Notes under the pieces: model-generated
Told to the model about the DNA's origin: nothing
The model's input: only the letters and a program-made list of their open reading frames with translations
Database searches by the model: none
Translations under genes and position numbers: made by a program
Shown here: piece after piece, positions 1-10,225 of the stretch
Layout of the letters: every line of letters begins with the position of its first letter
Numbering within the stretch: the first letter of the stretch is position 1
DNA from: Centroscyllium fabricii
Taxonomy: Eukaryota
Length of the DNA stretch: 64,000 nucleotides
Assembly (NCBI GenBank): GCA_051313645.2
Contig: JBNRSN020000001.1
Coordinates: forward strand, 460,474,001-460,538,000
Direction of reading: 5' to 3'

Positions 1-3000
1 ATGGTGAACAGCGTGGTGAAGTGCTTGATCACCATTGCACTCGTCATGTCTGGGCAGGAGAAGGCAAAGGGGAAGCATGAGAACTCGTCTATGACCGTAA
101 GGAAATACGAGTTGCGGTCAGTGGAGGGGAGGGGGCCTTTGAAGTCCACGCTCAGGCGTTCAAAGGGGCGGGTGGCCTTGATGACGTGCGCCGTGTCTGG
201 CCTGTAGAATTGGGGTTTGCACTCGGCACAGACTGGGCACTCTTTGGTCATAGCCTTTATCTCCATGATGGAGTAGGGGAGGCTACGGGATTTGATGAAG
301 TGGGCGAGTCTGGTGACACCCGGGAGGCAGAGGCGATCGTGGAGGGCCTTCAGCCGGTCAAGCTGGGCGCTGGCGCACGTTTACCTGCACAGTGCGTCCG
401 GGGGTTCGTTGAGCTTGCCTGGGTGGTAAAGAATGTCATACTCGTAAGTCGAGAGTTCAATCCGCCACCGAAGGATCTTATCATTCTTGATGTTACCCCG
501 TTGTTTATTATTAAACATAAACACCACCGACCGTTGGTCAGTGAGCAGGGTAAAACGCTTACCGGCCAGGTAATGACACCAGTAGCGCACTGCCTCCACG
601 ATGGCCTGGGCCTCCTTTTCCACCGCTGAGTGGCGAGTTTTGGGTCCCTGTAGGGTCCGGGAGAAAAACGCTACGGGCCTGCCTGCCTGGTTCAGGGTGG
701 CGGCAAGGGCGAAGTCTGAAGCGTCACTCTCCACCTGGAAGGGAATGGACTCATCAACGGCGTGCATGGTCGCCTTGACGATGTCTTCCTTGATCCGAGC
801 AAATGCAGTTTGGGCTTCTTCTGAGAGGGGGAAGACGTCGGCCTTGAGGAGAGGTCTGGCCTTATCCGCGTACTGGGGAACCCATTGCGCGTAATAAGAA
901 AAGAACCCTAGACATCTCCTCAGGGCTTTGGGGTTGTGAGGTAAGGGCAGCTCTTGCAAGGGGCGCATACGCTGTGGGTCGGGGCCGAGGACCCCGTTTT
1001 CCACCACGTATCCGAGGATAGCGAGCCGATCCGTACTAAAGATACACTTGTCTTTATTGTACGTTAGGTCCAGCCATTTCGCCGTGTGCAGGAATTTGGC
1101 GAGATTGGCATCGTGGTCCTGCTGGTCATGGCCGCAGATGGTCACGTTGTCCAAGTAGGGGAAGGTGGCCTGCAACCCGTTCTGGTCAACCATGTGGTCC
1201 ATCTCCCACTGGAACACCGACACCCCGTTGGTCACACCGAAGGGGACACGGAGGAAGTGGTAGAGCCAGCCGTTCGCCTCGGTGATACGCCGACTTGAGG
1301 TCGATTGTGGAAAAGACCTTGTACTGGGCAATCTGGTTTACCATATCCGAGATGCGGGGGAGGGGGTCGGCGTCGAGCCCGGTGTAGCGGTTAATTGTCT
1401 GGCTATAGTCGATGACCATGCGCAGTTTCTCGCTCCTCTTAACCACCACGACCTGGGCCCGCCAGGGACTGGTGCTGGCCTCAATTATCCCTTCCTTCAG
1501 CATGCGCTCGACCTCCGACCTGATGAACGCCCGGTCCCCTGCACTGTAACGCCGACTTTTGGTAGCAATGGGTTTGCATTTAGGGTCGAGATTGGCAAAC
1601 AGTGAGGGGGGGTCGACTTTTAATGTGGACAGGCTGCAAGTCGAGCTCCGCGTTAAGTTGGGATTGTCCCGGCTACTGACGGTGAGTGGGGCCAGAGTTC
1701 CACCGAAATCCATCGTCACGCTCTTCAGGTGACACTGGAAATCCAGTCCTAGTAAGACTGGGGTGCACAGCTGCTGGAGTACGTACAACTTAAAGTTGCG
1801 GTAAATGCGGTCCCTGATCGTGAGCGTGACGCTGCAGTAGCCGGTGACGTCCGCCGTGTGGGACTTTGAGGCAAGGGAGACTTGGTAGTGCGTGGCCTGG
1901 GTCTGCAGTGCGTAGCGCCGCACTGTGTCGGGATGTATAAAGCTCTCTGTGCTACTGGTGTCGAACAGGCAGCGAGTGGCGTGCCCGTCCGCCTTAATCC
2001 CCATCATGGAGTTGGACAAGGTGTGCGGCCTAGCCTGATCGACGGTGGCTGAGGCTGAAGTGTATGTGTGTGAGTGGGGGCCCTCCGCTAGCTGGGGCCC
2101 CGGCCGGGGGGGTTGGCAAGATGGCCGCTCAGAAGATGGCGGCGCTGGCGATTCGCACGTGTCCGGCTGCTGTGGACAAGATGGCAGCGCCCGTGGTTTG
2201 CACACGGCCGACCGCAGTGGACAAGATGGCGGCGCCCGTGGTTCGCACGTGGCCGACCGCTGTGGATAAGATGGCGGCGCCCGTGGTTCGCACGCGGCCG
2301 ACCGCTGTGGATAAGATAGCGGCACCCGTGGTTTGCACGCGGCCGACTGCGGTGGACAAGATGGCGACGCCGGGGGGTCGCACATGGCCGGTCGCGGTCG
2401 CGTTTGAGGTGGCAGCGCCTGTGCCGCGCGCGCGGCCGGCCTCCGCCATACTGTTAAAGGCGATTGAGGCGCCCGCGATTTACCCCCGGCTGACCGCTGC
2501 TGGGTCGCGCTGCAACACCGTACCTGGAGCCATGGAGTGGCATCGCTGTTCTCGCAGGCCGCGCTGTTGGGTCTGGAGGTGGAGGCTGGGCTGGATTTGC
2601 ACACCTTCGCGTAGTGCCCCTTCTTCGCGCACCGCGCACAGGTCGCATTCTTCGCGGGACACTGCGCCCGCGGGTGCTTTCCTTGGCCGCAGAAGTAGCA
2701 TCTGTGCCCCGCCGGTGTCTTCGCAGTTGCCGCTGCCATCGTGGGGGTCTCGGCCTGTCGCTGTGTCGCCCAGGGGTCAGAGGTACAGTGGGAGCCGTGA
2801 TCTCGGTATGCCTCCAGCTTTCGAAGCGCTCCGTCCACCGCATTAGAAAGCGTTATCGTGGACTCAAGCGACAGTGTGTCCTGCTCCAGCAGCCGCTGGC
2901 GGGCCTGGCTGGATCTGAGTCCGGCCACATAGGCATCGCAGATTAGGAGGTTCGCCTCTTCCTCCGCTGTCCTTGCCTTGCAGTCACAGGTCCATGCAAG

Positions 3001-3336
3001 GGCTTGGAGCGCCAGTAGAAACTGTTCATTTGACTCACCGAGTCGTTGTCTTCTGGTCGCCAGAACATGCCTGGCATAGACCGAGTGGGCCGGGCGCATG
3101 TAGCAGTCCTTTAATTTCTTGACCGCTTCCTCGTAAGTCTTGAGGCCGCGCATAAAAGAGTACACCCGGCCACTGATCCATGATGAGAGTACCTGGAGTT
3201 TGTCCTCATCACTCTTAGCCTTTATGGCCTTCATGTAGGCCTCGAGCAGGCCGAACCAGTGTTCAAAGTCGTTAGCAGCATCGGGTGCTGGAGGGTTTAT
3301 GTCGAGGCGATCCAGTCTCACTGCGTTACTCTCCAT
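1..3336 (-). pseudogene. gag-pol of element A, frameshifted
   Basis: ORFs 1186..3336 and 381..1331. A ~41-bp deletion near 1280 relative to element F breaks the RT frame. Confidence 0.9.
2119..2390. repeat. 45-bp tandem repeat in the gag-protease linker of A (15-aa unit CEPRAPPSCPQRSAA-like)
   Basis: Repeated acaagatggcggcgcccgtggttcgcacg(c/t)ggccgaccgctgtgg. Confidence 0.9.
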
Positions 3337-3360
3337 GTTTTGAAATTTAGTTAATAAAAT

Positions 3361-3598
3361 TGACGTATCGTCAATTAAAATGCACAGACGAGTAGTTACC
3401 TAAACTACAGGCTTTTATTAACTAACAATGGAGCTGGTCTCCTGATGAGTTCAAGGCGAAGAATGAGCGGGGGCAGGGCAGCCCTCACCTATATGCTCTG
3501 ACCTGAGGGGAGGAGTTAGGGGTGTGGCTGACCTGGCCTACAATACAATACAAGGTGAGCCATCAACTATTTACAGTGTTATTTATACGATTACCACA
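3361..3598 (-). repeat. 5' LTR of element A (238 bp)
   Basis: Minus strand TGTGGTAA...CGATACGTCA with AATAAAAGCC; similar to the LTRs of E and F. Confidence 0.9.
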
Positions 3599-4010
3599 CT
3601 ACTCTCAGTGCTTCTTTCAATTAGTGTTCAATATGGAGTACTTCATCAGCTGAGGGAGGGTGGTAGGTGGTAATCAGCAAGCGGTTTCCTTGCCCGTGCT
3701 TGACCTGAAGCTATGGGACTTCATGGGGTCTGGAGTCAATGTTGCGGACTCCCAGGGCCACTCCCTTTCGACTGTATACCACTGTACCGCCACCTCTGGT
3801 GGGTTTGTCCTGCCGGTGGAACAGGACATACCCAGGGATGGTAATGGAGGAGTCTGGGATAGTGGCTGAAAGGTATGATTCCGTGAGTATGACGATGTCA
3901 GGCTTGACTTGTCTGTGGGACAGCTCTCCCAATTTTGGCACAAATCCCCAGATGTTGGTGAGGAGGACTATACAGGGTTGACTGGGCTGGGTGTGCAGCT
4001 GTCGTGTCCA
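3599..4010 (-). mobile_element. CR1/L2-group LINE, N-terminal apurinic-endonuclease fragment
   Basis: ORF 3711..3941 PDIVILTESYL...IPGYVLFHRQD..RGGGTVVY is a typical APE N-terminus; interrupted by element A. Confidence 0.8.
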
Positions 4011-4064
4011 AAGCCAGTGCCTAGGTCAATGCCAGGTGGTCCGTTTATTCTTATTATTGGTTTT

Positions 4065-4372
4065 CGTTGCGGTTTGTTACAACTGAGTGGCTTGCTAGGG
4101 GGTGCTAGGCAGTGGGTCTGGAGTCACATATCGGCCAGACCAGCTAAGGATGGTAGATTTCCTTCCCTAAAGGACATTAGTGAACCAGATGGATTTTTCC
4201 AACAATAATTTCAGGGTCATCATTACTGATACTAGTTTTTAATTCCAGATTTATTTAATTGAATTTAAATTACCCAGCTGTCTATTGGGGGATTTGAACT
4301 CATGTCTCTGGATCACTAATCCAGGCTTCTGGATTACTAGTCCAATAACATAACGACAATGTTACTGTACCC
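4065..4372 (-). mobile_element. tRNA-derived SINE-like head contiguous with the LINE 5' end
   Basis: Minus strand has a B box GAGTTCAAATCC (~4287-4302) and a degenerate upstream A box; it runs directly into the APE coding sequence. Confidence 0.6.
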
Positions 4373-4971
4373 GTGACAGATTTAATTTTCCAACAATTAT
4401 AAATGGCTATAACCCATATAGGGTTAACTTCACTTAATATAATATTAACCAGGTTGCATCATTTTTACTAACCAGATAACCTGACACACACTGACATCAA
4501 TTTTTTCTATTAGTTGTTTCATGTCTTTCACAGGTTAAATAAAATGTTTGTCAATAATTTAATACAGCTTTTATAACTTATACATCCCTCAATTATTTAA
4601 GGATACCTATAGCAATATGTAATATATTGGACCAGATTTTGCTGGAGCGGTGCATCTAGTGGTGTGCACTGTTAGCTAGACATTGTAGAGAACGGCAGTT
4701 CCCCACTCTTTGAAATCGATTAAACGTCGAAAGATCGCGCAGCAAACTTTAACAGGTCTTTATTCGTTTCAATCCAAACACAACTGACTTACAAAAGGCG
4801 CGAAAACGCAAAGCATCATGGGGCTTTTGACTGACAGCCCGCAGGACCAATCAGGGACCGGAACTGTTGATCCAACTACCCAATGGGGAAACAGGGGCGG
4901 GACCAACTCTGAAATGAGGATTCTCACATACTGGAGAGACCGGAGTGTGTCTCCCTGGTGGCTATGCTACG

Positions 4972-7900
4972 CATGCCCCCCCAGTATCCTCATGAATATG
5001 ATACGTCAACCTCCGAGGAGGCATGACGAGGTGGCTGCTACGAGTGCGGTAGGCCGCCAGTTCAGGGAACGATACCGGGGATCCGCGAACAGGACTGGAG
5101 GGCGGCTGTGCCGCAGGTGTAGGAGGCGAGACCGGAGAGAAACCCGGAGGTGGAGCAAGAGCTGTACCCGAGGGTGTAAATAGTGCGGGACCTGCTGGGG
5201 GCACGCTCGGGACAGAGAAACGCTCCTGGCGCGGGGCTGGGGAAAACTGTTCAGGCGAGGCAGTGTCCAAATGAGCCGGTTTAAGCCAGTCGATGGAAAC
5301 GCGGTCCTGCCGGCCCCCAACCGCGAGGAGGAAAGTCTTGTCGCCAGCCTCCAGCACCCTGAAAGGGCCACTATATGGCGACTGCAAAGGAGTTCTATGG
5401 GCATCGTGACGCACAATAACAAATTGTGCCTGGCGGAGCTCAGTGGGTATGTGGAACGACCGGGCCCCGTGCCGAGAGGTGGGCACCGGAAGGAAACGAT
5501 GCGCGGCGTCATTGGGCCGAGCGAGCTGCTCGCCGGCTGACCAATTATCGGTGATGGAGGGGAGGAACTCTCCTGGAATGCGCAAAGGTTGTCCAAAAAT
5601 GAGTTCGGCGGAAGAAATGCCGAGGTCGTCCTTGGGCGCGGAGTGCAACCCCAGCAGGACCCAAGGGAGTCTGTCCAACCAATTGACGTCAACCAGGCTG
5701 GCACGGAGTGTGGCCTTAAGGGGGCGATGGAAATGCTCGTAAATACCGTTTGCCTGCGGATGATAAGCAGTCGTGCGGTGCAATTGCATCCCCGGGCCAG
5801 TGGTGATTGCACTCCACAGCTGGGAGGTGAACGGTGGGCCCCTGTCAGCAGTCATGTCCGACGGTACCCCAAACCGGGCCACCCATGAAAAGATAAAGGC
5901 GCGTGCCACATCGGCCGAAGTGGTGGAAGAAAGGGGTACGACCTCCGGCCACCTAGTGGTATGGTCCACGATGGTAAGGAGATGGGTGAAACCCTGTGAT
6001 GGGGGCAAGGGGCCAACCAAATCAACATGGACATGATCAAACCGCCGCTCGGGCACCGGAAAATATTGCAGGGGAGCCTTAGTATGCTGATGGGTTTTAG
6101 CGCGTTAACAGTCCTGGTAGGTGTTAGTCCAGTTTCGCACATCTTTGTGCAGGTCCGGCCAAACAAATTTGGCTGACATAAGCTTCTGAGAAGCCCGCAT
6201 GCCCGGGTGTGAGAGCCCATGGACCAAACAAAAAATGCGCCTGCGCCAAGAGGTGGGCACCAAGGGCCTGGGGGTGGAAACGGAAACGTCACACAAAAGA
6301 GTCGCGCCGGCTGCATGAAAATGGACATCTACTAGGGTCAGGCTGGTGGACGCAGAATGAAGAGCCTGTAGCTCAGCGTCTGCCCGTTGGGCATGCGCCA
6401 TTTCTGCGTAATCGACACCAACGTGGACCGCATGGAGGGAAGGACGGGACAGACAGTCGGCAACAACATTATCCTTACCAGACACGTGACGAATATCCGT
6501 AGTAAATTCTGAAATGAAATTCAGGTTGCGCTGTTGGCAACCTGACCAGGGTGCCGTGACTTTGGACATAAAAATGAGGGGCTTATGGTCCACGTAAGCA
6601 GTGAATGGACGGCCCGCCAAGAGAAAACGAAAATGCCACACTGCAAGAAAAAGAGCTAGCAGCTCCCGGTCGAACGTGCTATACGAGAGCTAATTTTTCC
6701 GCAGTTGACTGCTAAAAATGCAAGGGGCTGCCAGGCACCGTCAACCCATTGTTGCTGAACAGTGCCAATGGCATGATCCGAGGCGTCCGTTGTGAGTGAC
6801 AGCGGGGCGCCCGGGATGGGGTGGGTCAAAAGGGTGGCTTCGGCCAGGGCCGACTTAGCGAGGCGAAAATCCTCAGCCATATTGTCTGACCACTGAAGGC
6901 TATCCTTGCCGGTCTTACCCCTAGTGGCCTCGTACAGGGGGCGTATGATGGAGGCGGCCTTGTGAATGAACCAGTGATAAAAATGTACCATTCCCAGAAA
7001 TTCCTGGAGTGCTTTAACCGTGCTGGGCTGGGGAATATCAGCAACCGATTGGACTTTAGAGGATAAAGGGATGGCTCCCGCCGGGGAGATGTGATGCCCT
7101 AAAAAATCAATTTCAGTAAGGCCGAATTGGCATTTAACCGGGTTTACAATTAGGCCATGATGGGCCAATCTCTGAAAAAGGGAACGCAAATGCACAACAT
7201 GTTGAGATTCATCTGCGCTAGCACCCAAAATGTCATGGAGATATACAAATAAAAAGTCCAAGTCCCGAAGGACAGAGCCCATCAGCCGTTGGGAAACCTG
7301 TGCCACATTCTTTAACCCGAAAGGCATACGGAGGAATTCAAAGAGTCCAAAAGGGGTAATAACCGCCGTCTTTTGGACATTGTCCGGATGGACTGGGACC
7401 TGGTGATATCGTCGGATGAGGTCGACTTTTGAAAAAATTGTTTTACCCGCCAGATGTGCCGAAAAGTCCTGAATGTGTGGCACCGAGTATCTGTCCAGTG
7501 TGGTGGCATCATTGAGGCGCCCATAGTCACCACACGGTCGCCAGCCGCCACCTGGCTTGGGAACGATGTGAAGCGGGGACGACCACGGGCTTTTTGAAGG
7601 ACGAATGATCCCAAACTTCTCCATGGCAGAGAATTCCTGCTTGGCGACCGGCAATTTTGTGGGGTCGAGGCGCCTGGCTCAAGCGAAAACTGGTGGGCCA
7701 GTCGTGGCGATGTGATGCTGGACGCCATGTTTGGCCGCCACCTCGGAAAAGGTCAGCTGTGTAATGGCCGGGACTCTGCCAGCAAGCGCGCATATTTGTC
7801 GCGAAGACGAGGAAAGCAGGAGCCCACAAGGGGTTGGCTGTCACTCCGCTGGCAGGGCAGGGAGGCAAAGGTAGATGCATCCATGAGGCGCCTGCCCCGG

Positions 7901-8931
7901 ACATCCACGAGCAGGCCATGGGCACACAGGAAATCCGCGCCCAGCAATGGATGTTCCACATTGACCGTAATGAAATCCCAGGTAAACCGTTGGCCACCCA
8001 GGCGAATCTCCGCCCGCCGTTTTCTAAAAGTGGCTATGCTGTGCCATTCACTGCCATGAGGGGTAGGCCACTGCGGCCTGCCTGTTGATCGAGCTGCGTA
8101 GCTGGTAGAATGCTGCTTTGAGCCCCGGTGTCGCAGAGCAACTTTCGGCCGGAAAGTGAGTCCGTGATGTACAGCAGCTGCCTTGCTGTGCCAATGGCGT
8201 TAGCAGCGGCTGGGCCCTGGCGGCGGTGCGGGGTCGAAGTGTGGGTTTTGGGCGCAACCTCTTTGCCATCGAATGAACAAGGTGGTCGGCAGCGATGAGC
8301 CTTCGGGCCGAAACATGCATGGTAATAACAGAGTCCCGGCTGGGGTCAAGGCATTGCCCATTGCGTAGGGGCGGAGAGCCTCGTGGTAGCACAGTTAGCG
8401 GGTGCACAAAGGCAAACGCGGTCCGCTGCAATGGCCAACTCGGCATAGGTCACGCCTTTAACGTTTGCTAAAGCCGATTGCACCAGCTGCGGGAGCAAGC
8501 TGATTAATAGCGCCCGAAACAATGGGCAGTCTTTGTGGTCCCCGAGGAGGGCTAGCATGCGATTCATCAGGCGCGTAGGCATGGAGTCGCCTAAGTCCGA
8601 GAGTTCGAGGAGTTGCCGGGCCCTTACATCCTCCGGTAGGTCGTGAGCCTGAAGCAGCGTCGCTCTTAAGAGCAGCGTACCTGTTAGCTTGAGGCGGGTC
8701 CCATAGCAGGTCCACGATGTCGGCGGCAACGTAGCTAGGCAGAGCCAAAACGACGAGGAGGTAGTGGTCCTCATCACTGTTGAGACACTTAAGCTGGAAC
8801 TGAGCCTCAGTTTGCAAAAACCAAGCGGCTGCCTGGTGCTCCCAAAAGGCGGGGAGGCTGACGATCGACGGCCTTTTGCGTTGCCCGGCCTCGGGGCTCA
8901 CATTCTGGTCAGTACCTTCTGGAACTGACAT
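4972..8931 (-). pseudogene. gag-pol of element B, multiple frameshifts
   Basis: Fragmented ORFs 8458..8931, 8346..8777, 7753..7959, 6656..7654, 6105..6641, 4962..6056. Confidence 0.9.
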
Positions 8932-8943
8932 TCGGGGTCACCA
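8932..8943 (-). promoter_or_regulatory. Primer-binding site complementary to the tRNA-Trp 3' end
   Basis: Minus strand TGGTGACCCCGA, 2 nt downstream of the 5' LTR; complementary to ...UCGGGGUCACCA. Confidence 0.9.
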
Positions 8944-9954
8944 ATTGTCGAGAACGGCAGTTCCCCACTCTTTGAAATCGATAAAACGTCGAAAGACCGC
9001 GGAGCAAACTTTAGCAGGTCTTTATTCGTTTCAATCCAAACACAACTGACTTGCAAAAGGTGCGAAAACGCAAAGCATCATGGGGCTTTTGGCTGACAGC
9101 CCGCAGGACCAATCAGGGACCAGAATTGTTGATCCAACTACCCAATGGGGAAACAGGGGCGGGACCAAATCTTGAAATGAGGATTCTAACATACTGGGGA
9201 GACCGGAGTGTCTCCCCCTGTTGGCTATGCTACAACATCATCTCTCACCCTTCAGCTCAAAATATTTTAGTCCTAGAAGTTTCTGGAACAGTGAGCTGAT
9301 AACTGCGTGGCCAGAGCAATAGGGCATCTGGGACCTTCATGAATGACGGGACCAACAGTGACCAATGAGATTTAAGGATTGAGTAAGAAACAGAGGAACA
9401 AAGGAGAATGAAATAAGGTGAAGTAGAGTCAGATCAGGTACAGAAAGAGAAATAAAGAGAGGGAAAGAAAGATTGGATTAAGAGAGAGAAAAAAGAAAGA
9501 TAAAAGTAGAAAAAAATTAAAAATTTAAATTAAAGAAAATCTCTTACAATTTGCTACCTGTAGGAATGAGACTCCACAGTTTAATGGTTCCCTTCCTGGG
9601 CCAGAGTGGTTGAGTGGCATTGCAGGAACATAGATCTTCTCATTAAAAGGGTCTTTATGCTGTTAAGTAGCAGCCCTAACTTTGGGTTTAATTGGCAATT
9701 AATATGCAAATACAACAATTTCTTGAAACTCCTGGGGAGGTTGAGGGCGAGCTGCCATTTTCGCAAGGCTAAAGGCAGAGCAGTGCAAATCGTCCAGCAG
9801 CTTGTGGTGATTCGCAATTCACGGGGTATCTCTTCTTTGCTACAGGTTGCTTGATGATTTACACATTAACAACAGTGAGCATCATTAAACTTGCCATTAT
9901 TTTGACAGCAAAATCTGGGTCAATGTATTTATTCTTCAGACCTTAAATAGCACT

Positions 9955-10140
9955 TCCTTATACTGGGTCAAAATCCTGGAACTCCCTCCCTAGCAGCACT
10001 GTGGGAGTACCTACACCACACGGACTACAGCGGTTCAAGAAGGCGGAGGCTCACCACCACCTTCTCAAGGGCAATAAGGGATGGGCAATAAATACTGGCC
10101 TTGCCAGCAACGCCCACATCCTGTGAATGACTAAATAAAA
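9955..10140 (+). mobile_element. 3' end of a CR1-group LINE (same family as 47297-48863)
   Basis: caccaccaccttctcaagggcaataagggatgggc tail matches the reverse complement of 47310-47480. Confidence 0.8.
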
Positions 10141-10225
10141 GAAATGTTTACCGTACCTAGAAATAGCTTAATTTGTACCATCAATGTACTACAGATGATG
10201 GATTACACACTGATTGCTTTCATAG

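Larger units (their letters stand above)
1..3598 (-). mobile_element. Ty3/Gypsy LTR retrotransposon A (Mag-like), running off the left edge of the window
   Basis: Gag with two CCHC knuckles (CYFCGQGKHPRAQC..CARCAKKGHYAKVC), protease-like LFDTS, RT, RNase H (VESDASDFALAA) and integrase HHCC, in PR-RT-RH-IN order. 5' LTR at 3361-3598. Confidence 0.95.
4684..9234 (-). mobile_element. Full-length Ty3/Gypsy element B, CsRn1-like
   Basis: LTRs 4684-4971 and 8946-9234 (~94% identical by manual count), 4-bp TSD ACAT (4680-4683/9235-9238), tRNA-Trp PBS, G-rich PPT near 4972-4990. Gag LPAFW..AWF..EAQF with a CYYH motif; RT; integrase (RFDHVHVDLVGPLP, TTAYHPQANG). Confidence 0.95.
4629..9921. mobile_element. 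Non-autonomous TIR DNA element (Harbinger-like), split by element B
   Basis: Termini ggaccagattttgctg / cagcaaaatctgggtc; the internal AT/purine-rich part resembles the reverse complement of 60860-61050. Confidence 0.6.

Noticed and set aside
2045-2846. Repetitive plus-strand ORFs and a CRISPR-like periodic array
   Set aside because: Head-to-tail 45-bp units with no unique spacers; the ORFs are antisense shadows of the GC-rich gag linker (same at 24795-25507).
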